NCBI GenBank assembly: GCA_905236305.1
Contig: CAJOPB010000108.1
Span: 9,968-73,967, forward strand
Direction: 5' to 3'
Length of the DNA stretch: 64,000 nucleotides
Source of the DNA: an uncultured Oscillospiraceae bacterium
Lineage (GTDB): Bacteria; Bacillota; Clostridia; Oscillospirales; Oscillospiraceae
Of this stretch, positions 34,646-42,656 are shown piece after piece (the first letter of the stretch is position 1; each line of letters begins with the position of its first letter). Position numbers and translations under genes: made by a program. Below the pieces are notes generated by a model. It did no database searches, had not been told where the DNA came from, and saw nothing but the letters and a program-made list of their open reading frames with translations.

Positions 34646-35884
34646 ATGAAACGGATATTTGCATTCATTCTGGCTGCTATGACGGTTATGGCCGTTTCTT
34701 TGCCCGCCCTCGCCGCGGGGGAGGGATTTGTGAATATGCGCTGCACCGAGCGCTATTCCAATGCACTGTTCTCAGATGTGCCCAGGGATGCCTGGTTTCG
34801 CGACAGTGTGGCCGCGGTATATGAGCTGGGCCTGATGCGGGGCACGGGTGAAGGCGTTTTCGGGCCGGAAAAAACAGTCTCGATTGCGGAAGCAGTGACG
34901 CTTGCTGCACGGCTGCACAGTCTGTACCACGGCAGCGGTCTTGCTCTGCGGAGACCGGGGGAGGGGGAGGAATGGTTTTATCCTGCCATAGAATATGCCA
35001 TGAATTCCGGTATACTGGACGGAGTACCGCCGGACTGTAGCGTGGCAGCCACCCGCAGAGAGCTTACCGTTGTGCTGGGGCGGGCACTGCCAAAGGAGGC
35101 GCTGCCTCAGATCAATGATGTGCCTGATAACGTCCTGCCGGATGTGAAGCAGCGCCAGCCCTACGCGGAAGACATTTATCGCCTCTATCGGGCCGGCGTG
35201 CTGACCGGGAACGGGGACCGCGGCCTTTTTGCTCCGGAACAGCCGATTGACCGTGCCTCTGCTGCTGCAATTGCCGCACGTATGGCCTATCGGAGTCTGC
35301 GGCAGAAATTTACCCTTCCCCAGCGTACCTGGCCGGACCTGAAGCCGCTTCCCGCTGCGGACGCTTCCTTCTTTGCGGACACGGCGATGCTGGGCAATTC
35401 TCTTGTGGAGGGACTGCAATACTATTCCGACCTGAAAGTGGCATACTTTGGCAAGACAGGGGCAAATGTGTTTGAAAACCGCCTGGAGGAAATGCTGAAT
35501 TACAGCTTCGGCAAGGTCTATCTGGAATTTGGCGTCAACGAGCTGGGCTATAGCATAGATGCTGTCATAAAACAGTATGGAGAAATCGTAGACCGGATTC
35601 AGGAGAGACTGCCGGATGCGGACATCTATATCATGACTTTAACTCCGGTAACGGAGAAAAAGGATGCGGAAGGATTGTTTACCCGGGACTCGACGGAAAA
35701 TTTTAACGCCGCACTCTACCGCCTGTGTCAGGAGAAGCATTGCTGGTATCTGGATTGCTACTCTCTTTTGCTGGGAGAGGACGGCTGGCTGCCTTCGGAG
35801 TACGCCGGCTGGGATGGATCCCCGCATCTGTCGGAGAAAGGATACATGGTATGGGCTGACATTATCCGCAGTTATTACACATAA
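34646..35884 (+). CDS. Secreted SLH-domain protein with C-terminal SGNH/GDSL-like hydrolase domain
   Basis: Signal peptide MKRIFAFILAAMTVMAVSLPALAAGEG. SLH-like repeats are FSDVPRDAWFRDSVAAVYELGLMRG and LPDVKQRQPYAEDIYRLYRAGVLTG. SGNH blocks are LGNSL (block I Ser), FGVNEL (block III) and DGSPHL (block V D..H). I chose ATG 34646, 10 nt after AGGAG. Confidence 0.75.
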   Translation: MKRIFAFILAAMTVMAVSLPALAAGEGFVNMRCTERYSNALFSDVPRDAWFRDSVAAVYELGLMRGTGEGVFGPEKTVSIAEAVTLAARLHSLYHGSGLALRRPGEGEEWFYPAIEYAMNSGILDGVPPDCSVAATRRELTVVLGRALPKEALPQINDVPDNVLPDVKQRQPYAEDIYRLYRAGVLTGNGDRGLFAPEQPIDRASAAAIAARMAYRSLRQKFTLPQRTWPDLKPLPAADASFFADTAMLGNSLVEGLQYYSDLKVAYFGKTGANVFENRLEEMLNYSFGKVYLEFGVNELGYSIDAVIKQYGEIVDRIQERLPDADIYIMTLTPVTEKKDAEGLFTRDSTENFNAALYRLCQEKHCWYLDCYSLLLGEDGWLPSEYAGWDGSPHLSEKGYMVWADIIRSYYT

Positions 35885-35952
35885 GGCACAGAAGAAGTCA
35901 TGAGCGAACTGCTTCTGCTGCTGAAAGAGGCAGAATTGGGAGTCTGATAATC

Positions 35953-36720
35953 ATGAGAATGCGAAAAAAACCGAATTTGCTTCCCAGAATGGAGCGGGCC
36001 GGGGCAGTGCTTGTTCCGGAGCCGGAGGAGTATGCAGGCCGCTGGCTTGCGGCATTTCCGGGATATAGCGCGCTGCACGTAGAGCTGGGCTGCGGAAAGG
36101 GACGATTTACCGCAGAGACAGCGGAAAGCCGTTCGGATATTCTGCTTCTTGCGGTAGAGAAGGTGCCGGATGCCATGGTGGTGGCCATGGAACGGGTGAT
36201 GGAGCGTGGAATAAACAATGTCCGGTTCCTGGACAGGGACGTGAGCTTGTTGGGTACGTTCCTGGAAAAGGGGGAGGCAGAGCGAATTTACATCAATTTT
36301 TGTGATCCCTGGCCGAAAAGCCGCTGTGCAAAAAACCGCCTGACAGCTCCGGGCTTTTTGCGTCTCTATGCCGATGCTTTGGCAGATGGCGGAGAAATCC
36401 ATTTCAAGACCGACAATCTGCCGCTGTTTGAATGGTCGGTGGAGCAGCTGCAGGCAGAGCGGTGGGACCTGAGGGAGATCACCAATGACCTGCACCGTGA
36501 CGGCGTATTTCCATACAGTGCCATGACGGATTATGAGGCGAAATTTTATGCAGAGGGCGTGAAAATCAATCGCCTTGTGGCAAAGAAAACCGATAAAACC
36601 CTTACCTCCGCTGCCGGCGCGCCGGAGAGACTGCGCAATGCCAGCCTTCGGGACGCAAAGGGGAGAGAGGACTCCCTTGCGCATTTTGCTGCGGAGGGGG
36701 AGAAATCCGCGGAGAAATAA
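35953..36720 (+). CDS. trmB: tRNA (guanine-N7)-methyltransferase with a low-complexity C-terminal tail
   Basis: Blocks seen: LHVELGCGKGRF, INFCDPWPK and FKTDN. Confidence 0.85.
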   Translation: MRMRKKPNLLPRMERAGAVLVPEPEEYAGRWLAAFPGYSALHVELGCGKGRFTAETAESRSDILLLAVEKVPDAMVVAMERVMERGINNVRFLDRDVSLLGTFLEKGEAERIYINFCDPWPKSRCAKNRLTAPGFLRLYADALADGGEIHFKTDNLPLFEWSVEQLQAERWDLREITNDLHRDGVFPYSAMTDYEAKFYAEGVKINRLVAKKTDKTLTSAAGAPERLRNASLRDAKGREDSLAHFAAEGEKSAEK

Positions 36721-36799
36721 TCGGTTTGAAAAGCAGATTTCTGAAGAAAGGGTCCAGACGCTGCTGCAAGAGCATATGCAGAAAGAGAGAATCAGTACA

Positions 36800-37555
36800 A
36801 TGCGATTTATTTCATGGAATGTCAATGGCCTTCGGGCTGCTATGAAAAAGGGCTTTGAGGACAGCTTTTGGGGTCTCAATGCGGACTTCTTCTGCCTGCA
36901 GGAGACAAAGCTTCAGGCAGGACAGTTACAGCTGGACCTGCCCGGCTATTATCAGTATTGGAATTATGCGGAAAAAAAGGGCTATTCGGGGACGGCAATT
37001 TTTGCCAGACACGAGCCGATTTCCGTTTCGCTGGGACTTGGTATTGCAGAGCATGACCGGGAGGGACGGGTCATAACACTTGAGTATGACAGCTTTTATC
37101 TGGTATGTGTGTACACCCCCAATGCTCAGGATGGACTCAAGCGGCTTGACTACCGTATTTCCTGGGAAAACGCATTCAGAAATTATCTCTGCGCCCTGGA
37201 CAGGCAAAAATCAGTTATTGTCTGCGGTGATATGAATGTGGCCCACCAGGAGATTGATCTGAAAAATCCGGCAACCAACCACGGAAATCCCGGCTTTTCC
37301 GATGAGGAGCGGGAAAAGTTTACGGAACTGCTTGCCTCCGGCTTTACAGATACCTTTCGGCAGCTGTATCCCGAGGCCCGGGACGCCTATTCCTGGTGGA
37401 GCTATCGGGCATCTGCGCGGGAACGGAACGTGGGATGGCGAATCGACTACTTTGTCTGCTCCAACCGCCTGGTTGCGCGTGTTGATAAGGCGTTTATCTG
37501 CCCTGAAATCCTGGGGAGTGATCACTGCCCCGTGGGCCTGGAGCTGCGCGAGTGA
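36800..37555 (+). CDS. xth: Exodeoxyribonuclease III
   Basis: MRFISWNVNGLRAA...FFCLQETK...GDMNVAHQEIDL...SDHCPV, the classic ExoIII/APE1 blocks. The track ORF is 5'-extended to 36575. Confidence 0.9.
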   Translation: MRFISWNVNGLRAAMKKGFEDSFWGLNADFFCLQETKLQAGQLQLDLPGYYQYWNYAEKKGYSGTAIFARHEPISVSLGLGIAEHDREGRVITLEYDSFYLVCVYTPNAQDGLKRLDYRISWENAFRNYLCALDRQKSVIVCGDMNVAHQEIDLKNPATNHGNPGFSDEEREKFTELLASGFTDTFRQLYPEARDAYSWWSYRASARERNVGWRIDYFVCSNRLVARVDKAFICPEILGSDHCPVGLELRE

Positions 37556-38565
37556 GCCGCGGAATGGAGATCGGCGTCGTACATCTGGACGGAAAGCTGC
37601 TGCTGGCTCCCATGGCCGGGGTGACAGATGCCGCCTTTCGTCACATCTGCGCAAAGCACGGAGCTGCTATGACAACCACAGAGATGGTCAGTGCCAGAGC
37701 ACTGGTTTATCACGATCAGAAGACAGCGCAGCTTTTGTGCTGTCTTCCGGAGGACCATCCCGTGGCAGTTCAGATTTTCGGTCATGAACCGGCTGTGATG
37801 GCAGAGGCGGCAGGACTTGCGCTGTCTCTGTCCGGAGCGGACATTCTGGATATCAATATGGGCTGTCCGGTGGGTAAAATCGCTGCTCACGGGGACGGCT
37901 GTGGGCTGATGCGGACCCCTGTGCTGGCGCGGGAAATCGTTGAGGCAGTGACGGCTGCAGTTGAGGTGCCTGTGACTGTAAAGTTCCGAAAGGGCTGGGA
38001 CAAGGGCAGCGTAAATGCAGTGGAATTTGCAAAAATGTGTCAGGAGTCCGGCGCTTCGGCGATCACGGTCCATGGCCGCACCAGGGCGCAGATGTACGAG
38101 GGACGGGCAGACTGGGATATTCTTCGCGAGATCAAAGAGGCAGTGGATATTCCGGTGATTGCAAACGGAGATGTGTTTTCACCGGAGGACGCGCGGCACA
38201 TTTTGGATTATACGGGTTGCGACGGGGCAATGATTGGCAGAGGCAGCTTTGGTGACCCGTGGATTTTTTCCCGGGGAAATGCGGCTGTTGCCGGAGAATC
38301 CATACCTGATCGGCCGGATTTGGCGGAGCGAATGGATCTTGCAGTGGAACAGATCACCCTCTCAGCTGCACTGCGGGGGGAGCGTACAGCGTGTCTGGAG
38401 GCGCGGCGGCATTTGGCCTGGTATCTTCGCGGCATTCCTTTTGCCGGAGTCTATAAGGCTGAGGCCGTTCACGTTGAGACCCTGGCGGATGTGCGCCGGG
38501 TGGCTGCCGGTGTCAAACGTGACCTGCGTGATCCGCCCGCTGCGGCTGCACGATCTGCTGAATGA
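37552..38565 (+). CDS. dusB: tRNA-dihydrouridine synthase
   Basis: LAPMAGVTDAAFR, DINMGCPV and TVHGRTR blocks. The start is either GTG 37552, overlapping the xth stop, or ATG 37564. Confidence 0.85.
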   Translation: MSRGMEIGVVHLDGKLLLAPMAGVTDAAFRHICAKHGAAMTTTEMVSARALVYHDQKTAQLLCCLPEDHPVAVQIFGHEPAVMAEAAGLALSLSGADILDINMGCPVGKIAAHGDGCGLMRTPVLAREIVEAVTAAVEVPVTVKFRKGWDKGSVNAVEFAKMCQESGASAITVHGRTRAQMYEGRADWDILREIKEAVDIPVIANGDVFSPEDARHILDYTGCDGAMIGRGSFGDPWIFSRGNAAVAGESIPDRPDLAERMDLAVEQITLSAALRGERTACLEARRHLAWYLRGIPFAGVYKAEAVHVETLADVRRVAAGVKRDLRDPPAAAARSAE

Positions 38566-38575
38566 GGAAGCGGTT

Positions 38576-39193
38576 ATGACAAAAGAGGAAGAAAAATCCC
38601 TGCTTCAGCGGGCAAAAGCAAAGGATATGGACGCTTTTGAGTCCATTGTCCGGGCCAATGAAAGGCTGCTGTATAACTATGCCCTGCGGATGCTATGCTC
38701 CAGAGAGGATGCCGGAGACGCGGTCCAGGAAACCTTTATCAAGGCATACAGCGGTATGGATTCATTTCGCGGAGAAAGCCGGCTCTCTGTTTGGCTTTGC
38801 AGGATTTTGAACAATGTGTGTGTTGACATGCTGCGAAAGAGACGGGATACCGTTCCGCTCAGCCTCACCTCCGAGGATGGAGAGGAAAGTACGCTGATGG
38901 ACATCCCGGATGAGCGCTTTGATCCCGCTGCGATGCTGGAGCGAAAGGATTTGCGGGAGCGTGTGCGCGAGGCGGTGGAAAGCCTTCCGGAGGACTTCCG
39001 GGCACCGCTGCTTTTGCGGGAATACGGAGACCACAGCTATGCCGAAATAGCCCGTATCCTGTCCCTGGACATGGGCACAGTCAAGACACGTATTTTTCGC
39101 GCGAGAAAAAAACTCTGTGCGCTTCTTGCAAAGGACGGGAACAATTCTGCTCAAATTCCGTCTGAATCAACGGAGGGAGGTGCGCAGACATGA
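38576..39193 (+). CDS. ECF-type sigma-70 family RNA polymerase sigma factor
   Basis: Region 2 (DAGDAVQETFIKAY...WLCRILNNVCVDMLRK) and region 4 (YAEIARILSLDMGTVKTRIFRARKKL). ATG at 38576. The track ORF is 5'-extended into dusB. Confidence 0.85.
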   Translation: MTKEEEKSLLQRAKAKDMDAFESIVRANERLLYNYALRMLCSREDAGDAVQETFIKAYSGMDSFRGESRLSVWLCRILNNVCVDMLRKRRDTVPLSLTSEDGEESTLMDIPDERFDPAAMLERKDLRERVREAVESLPEDFRAPLLLREYGDHSYAEIARILSLDMGTVKTRIFRARKKLCALLAKDGNNSAQIPSESTEGGAQT

Positions 39194-40182
39194 ACTGGTT
39201 GAGAAAAGAATGTGAACCGTACCGGGACATGATCAGCGCCCTGCTGGACGGTGAGCTGTCCGAAAATGAAAAGATTCGGCTGCAAAATCATCTGGCGCAT
39301 TGTGACGACTGCAGTGCCCTGTGCGTTGCCTTTGCCGCGGCCGACGGTGTGGTGAGTGCCGGAATGGTGCCCGTTCCCCGGTCGCTTCATACAGACATCA
39401 TGAAGCAGGTAAAGGCCCATGCATCCGCACATCGCAGACAGCGTGTCTGGAGGGTGGCGCGGCCGGTACTTGCTGTGGCTGCCTGCGCGGTGATCGTGGC
39501 AGGTATTGCGATGGCTGTTGTACCGGGCTTTCACCTGAGCGGCGGCTCAGACCTGGCGGAGCAAGGAAAAGGAACCGCATCGGCAATGTCCGCGGCCATG
39601 GCGGAACCGGAGAACGGAGAGACAGAGCAAAGCAGTCTGCTTGACCAGGAGGATACCGCCGAGGATACGGACGTGGAGACATCGGAGGTGGTTTTTGCCA
39701 CAGACACGGCAGAGAATCAAAACGCCGCTGCTTCTGTTGCGGCTGCACCCGCTCCTGTTCCCGCTCCTGCCCCTGATCTGTCTCCTGCGGCCGGTGCGGG
39801 AAAAGCATACGGTGAAAGTGCCTCGGACTACGATCGGGCAATGGAGGTCCCGGAGGAAGCCCCATCGGCTGAAATGGAAGCGAATGTGCCGCAGATGAGT
39901 GTGGAGGTGGAAGTGGCCGCTGCACCCGGTGAGGACGGAAGCTTTCAGGGCATTATCATATCGGATTCCTCCGGCCTGCTCTCTCCGGGAATAACCGTTA
40001 CGATACAGCCGGATATGGACGCGCAGCGTGACGAGGCAGCACAGGAGGAAACCAGCCAGCGCGCTGACGGAGAGGCCGGAACGGAATTGCGGCCCGGTGA
40101 GCGTGTGACGATTCGGTTTCATGCGCTTCAAGTGGTTCCTGAGGGCTGGCTGATCCGTGCGGATACAGTAGAAAGACAATAA
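39190..40182 (+). CDS. Anti-sigma factor (zf-HC2 N-terminus, one TM segment, acidic extracytoplasmic part)
   Basis: H-x3-C-x2-C motif (HLAHCDDCSALC). TM segment VLAVAACAVIVAGIAMAVV. The start overlaps the sigma-factor stop (ATGA). Confidence 0.75.
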   Translation: MNWLRKECEPYRDMISALLDGELSENEKIRLQNHLAHCDDCSALCVAFAAADGVVSAGMVPVPRSLHTDIMKQVKAHASAHRRQRVWRVARPVLAVAACAVIVAGIAMAVVPGFHLSGGSDLAEQGKGTASAMSAAMAEPENGETEQSSLLDQEDTAEDTDVETSEVVFATDTAENQNAAASVAAAPAPVPAPAPDLSPAAGAGKAYGESASDYDRAMEVPEEAPSAEMEANVPQMSVEVEVAAAPGEDGSFQGIIISDSSGLLSPGITVTIQPDMDAQRDEAAQEETSQRADGEAGTELRPGERVTIRFHALQVVPEGWLIRADTVERQ

Positions 40183-40260
40183 TACAACTTATGCGTCCGG
40201 ATGCTTTTTGTGGTATCCGGGCGTATTTTCTGAAAAAACGTGCGTAATACTGTTCCCAAT

Positions 40261-40343
40261 TAAAAAGCTTGAAAAGCTTTTTATAGCGCGAAGCGCGTTT
40301 GGGATTGTATGAGACGGGTTTTCAGCGCTTTTACGCTGAAAAC
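40261..40343. repeat. Dispersed repeat modules E+B
   Basis: TAAAAAGCTT-gaa-AAGCTTTTTA, then GCGCgaaGCGC, then GGGATTGTATGAGACG, then GTTTTCAGCG-ctttta-CGCTGAAAAC. Two further perfect hairpins follow at 40344-40360 and 40361-40391. Confidence 0.75.
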
Positions 40344-40473
40344 GCCATGCGCAGCATGGCATTCCCCGATTAAAGTGTTTAATCGGGGAATAGTATAAGG
40401 CCGGTGAGGGTGCATGTATTTTCCGGAGGCTGCGTGAATAGGATTATTCCAGGGGAAGGGAGGGACGAAGTCT

Positions 40474-41058
40474 ATGCTTATGAGTGTTCTCTGGCTGGCC
40501 ATGGTTGCTGTATCAATTCTATACGGTGCTGCGGCAGGTACGCTGCCGGCAGTGTCAGCAGCAGTGACCGAGGGCGCGGGGACCGCCGTTACGCTGGTTT
40601 TGGGTCTGAGCGGCACCATGGCGCTGTGGTGCGGTTTATTGGAGGTCCTGCGCCTGAGTGGAGTGCTGGAGGGACTGCAGCGATTGCTGCGGCCGCTGCT
40701 GCGGAAGGTATACCCGAATACCTTTGCGAACAATCCTGACGCAGCGAGTGCTCTGTCGGCAAATTTCTGCGCAAACCTGCTGGGATTGGGCAGCGCGGCA
40801 ACTCCGGCCGGATTAAAGGCCGCAAAAGAGATAGCAGCAGGGAGCGACGGCAGGGCAGGGGACGAGCTGTGCCGTCTGGTCGTGATGAACACTGCCTCAG
40901 TGCAGCTTCTTCCTGTTACAGCGGCAGCTGTCCGGGGCAGCTTGGGCTGCGATAATCCTTTTGATATTCTTCCCTGCGTCTGGCTGGCCAGCCTGATCAG
41001 TGTGTCGGTGGGACTGGCAGCGGCCAGAATGATGCAGGGAATTTCGGATAAGGCATGA
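40474..41058 (+). CDS. spmA: Spore maturation protein A (nucleoside-recognition-domain membrane protein)
   Basis: Polytopic 194 aa protein with LWCGLLEVL...ANLLGLGSAATPAGLKA. It is followed by an overlapping spmB-like gene. Confidence 0.8.
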   Translation: MLMSVLWLAMVAVSILYGAAAGTLPAVSAAVTEGAGTAVTLVLGLSGTMALWCGLLEVLRLSGVLEGLQRLLRPLLRKVYPNTFANNPDAASALSANFCANLLGLGSAATPAGLKAAKEIAAGSDGRAGDELCRLVVMNTASVQLLPVTAAAVRGSLGCDNPFDILPCVWLASLISVSVGLAAARMMQGISDKA

Positions 41059-41573
41059 TGGCCCTGTTTATACCGCTTCTGCTGGCGTTTACTGGGGCAT
41101 GGGGGATCTATAAGCAGGTCGATCTGTTTCATGCGCTCACCACAGGCGCAAGGGAGGGATTGAAAACCGCCGCGGACATTCTGCCGTCGCTGGTGGTGCT
41201 GTTGACTGCAGTGACCATGCTTCGGGCATCAGGTGCGCTGGAGGCGATGGCCGGTGTTTGTGCTCCGGTGTTCTCACTTCTCGGAATTCCGGCTGAGACT
41301 GCGCCGCTTGTGTTTCTGCGGCCCTTTACAGGAAGCGGGGCGCTTGCGGTGGGCAGCGAGCTGATGGAACGTTTTGGCCCGGACAGCTACCCCGGCCGCT
41401 GCGCAGCTGTCATGCTGGGCAGCACGGAAACGACTTTTTATGTCACGACCATCTATTTTTCTGCCTGCGGAATCAAAAAAAGCCGCTACGCTATTCCCGC
41501 CGCCCTCTGTGCAGACCTGGCAGGCTTTGCGGCCTCTGCACTTGCGGTGCGTCTGTTCTTTCCCGTTGGGTAA
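41055..41573 (+). CDS. spmB: Spore maturation protein B
   Basis: 172 aa with RPFTGSGALAVGSEL...GSTETTFYV. There is a 4-bp overlap with spmA. Confidence 0.8.
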   Translation: MMALFIPLLLAFTGAWGIYKQVDLFHALTTGAREGLKTAADILPSLVVLLTAVTMLRASGALEAMAGVCAPVFSLLGIPAETAPLVFLRPFTGSGALAVGSELMERFGPDSYPGRCAAVMLGSTETTFYVTTIYFSACGIKKSRYAIPAALCADLAGFAASALAVRLFFPVG

Positions 41574-41624
41574 GTTTTGCAGTGCGGCAGCTGTAACTAT
41601 TTTGTAAAAAATGCTGTGTTTTTC

Positions 41625-41653
41625 TTGCAACTACGCTGCTGCTATGTTATAAT
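41625..41653 (+). promoter_or_regulatory. Promoter (TTGCAA-17-TATAAT) of the 155-aa orphan gene
   Basis: TTGCAA at 41625-41630, a 17-nt spacer, then TATAAT at 41648-41653. Confidence 0.6.
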
Positions 41654-41746
41654 TGCTCTAAAGTTTGCACTGTTTCCGCGGCCCCGTGCATCGGAACGGT
41701 GCAGCGTACCCGAAAGACAGAACAACTCAGGGAAGGAGCGGGAAAA

Positions 41747-42214
41747 ATGAGTAATATCGCCGAAAACATTAAGAGTGAAGTGCAAATGGGTTTGAAGCTG
41801 CTTGCGTTCAAGAGCTTGTCACTGGAGCTGGCGCCCATGTCCTATGTAGAGGACGCCATGCAGGGGGATGGATGGGAGGCAATTACTTCCATTACCCACA
41901 GTGGGCCGGACGGCGTTGAGCTGAACCGGTATTACTACAGCTCTATGCAAAAAAACTATGCCCATGTGATCTGTAACGGCTTCACTGGCTCCTGTGAGGT
42001 CAAAGCTGCAGATGAGACGGAAATGCTGGAAAGCATGACCTTTGATGAGATCCGTCACCTGGGTAATCTCATTGACAAGAAATCTGTTGCCTTTATCCGT
42101 ATCTACTCCGAAAAAGAGATGGCTAACGCCAAAACGGAGGAGGAGCTCAGGGCATTGAACGCAAGAAAAGAAAAAATGGTGGCAGAGGCGGAGGTTGCCC
42201 TTCGCAAGAGATAA
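41747..42214 (+). CDS. Hypothetical cytoplasmic protein (no family recognised)
   Basis: GGAAGGAG SD 8 nt before ATG 41747. It has its own promoter and its own terminator. The amino-acid composition looks coding (MSNIAENIKSEVQMGLKLLAFKSL...), and the C-terminal part looks like a Lys/Glu-rich helix. Confidence 0.6.
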   Translation: MSNIAENIKSEVQMGLKLLAFKSLSLELAPMSYVEDAMQGDGWEAITSITHSGPDGVELNRYYYSSMQKNYAHVICNGFTGSCEVKAADETEMLESMTFDEIRHLGNLIDKKSVAFIRIYSEKEMANAKTEEELRALNARKEKMVAEAEVALRKR

Positions 42215-42242
42215 TTTCCTTCAATCGTGCTTTACTTCTATG

Positions 42243-42287
42243 CCGCTCTCCCGAACCGGAATCAGGTAGGGGGAGCGGTTTTGTTTT
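42243..42287 (+). terminator. Intrinsic terminator of the orphan gene
   Basis: CCGCTCTCCC...GGGGGAGCGG forms a 10-bp stem with one G-U pair, followed by TTTTGTTTT. Confidence 0.7.
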
Positions 42288-42656
42288 CTCTCTGAAAAAA
42301 ATAACAAATTTTTCTCTTTCCTCAGCAGTTGATACTATTCTTCCATAAAAAGTAGAAACTTTTTATGGGAGAGTCGCCGCTTGACGCGTCGCCCATTCGC
42401 GTAAGGATCATAACAAATTGTGCCGATAATTTTCGAAAATGTCAAATTATTGTAATAATTATGTCTGTATTTTGAAGATTTGTAGATGCAAATTGGATGC
42501 AAGCGGCAGTAATATTTGAATACTGAATACACAATTGGTACTTCGCACGGAAAAAGTGCGCGAGGAAACAGTGTGCTCTGGCGGGAAAAGAACCGCCAGG
42601 CCGGTGCGGGACGGTTGTGAAAACAGGTTCTTAGATAATTGCATGAGGTGTGCGCG

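Noticed and set aside
35900-35947. 15-codon mini-ORF (MSELLLLLKEAELGV) between the SLH-SGNH gene and trmB
   Set aside because: It has no convincing SD and overlaps a hairpin (CAGAAGAAGT...ACTGCTTCTG) that is more simply a terminator or attenuator stem. There is no way to support coding from the sequence alone.
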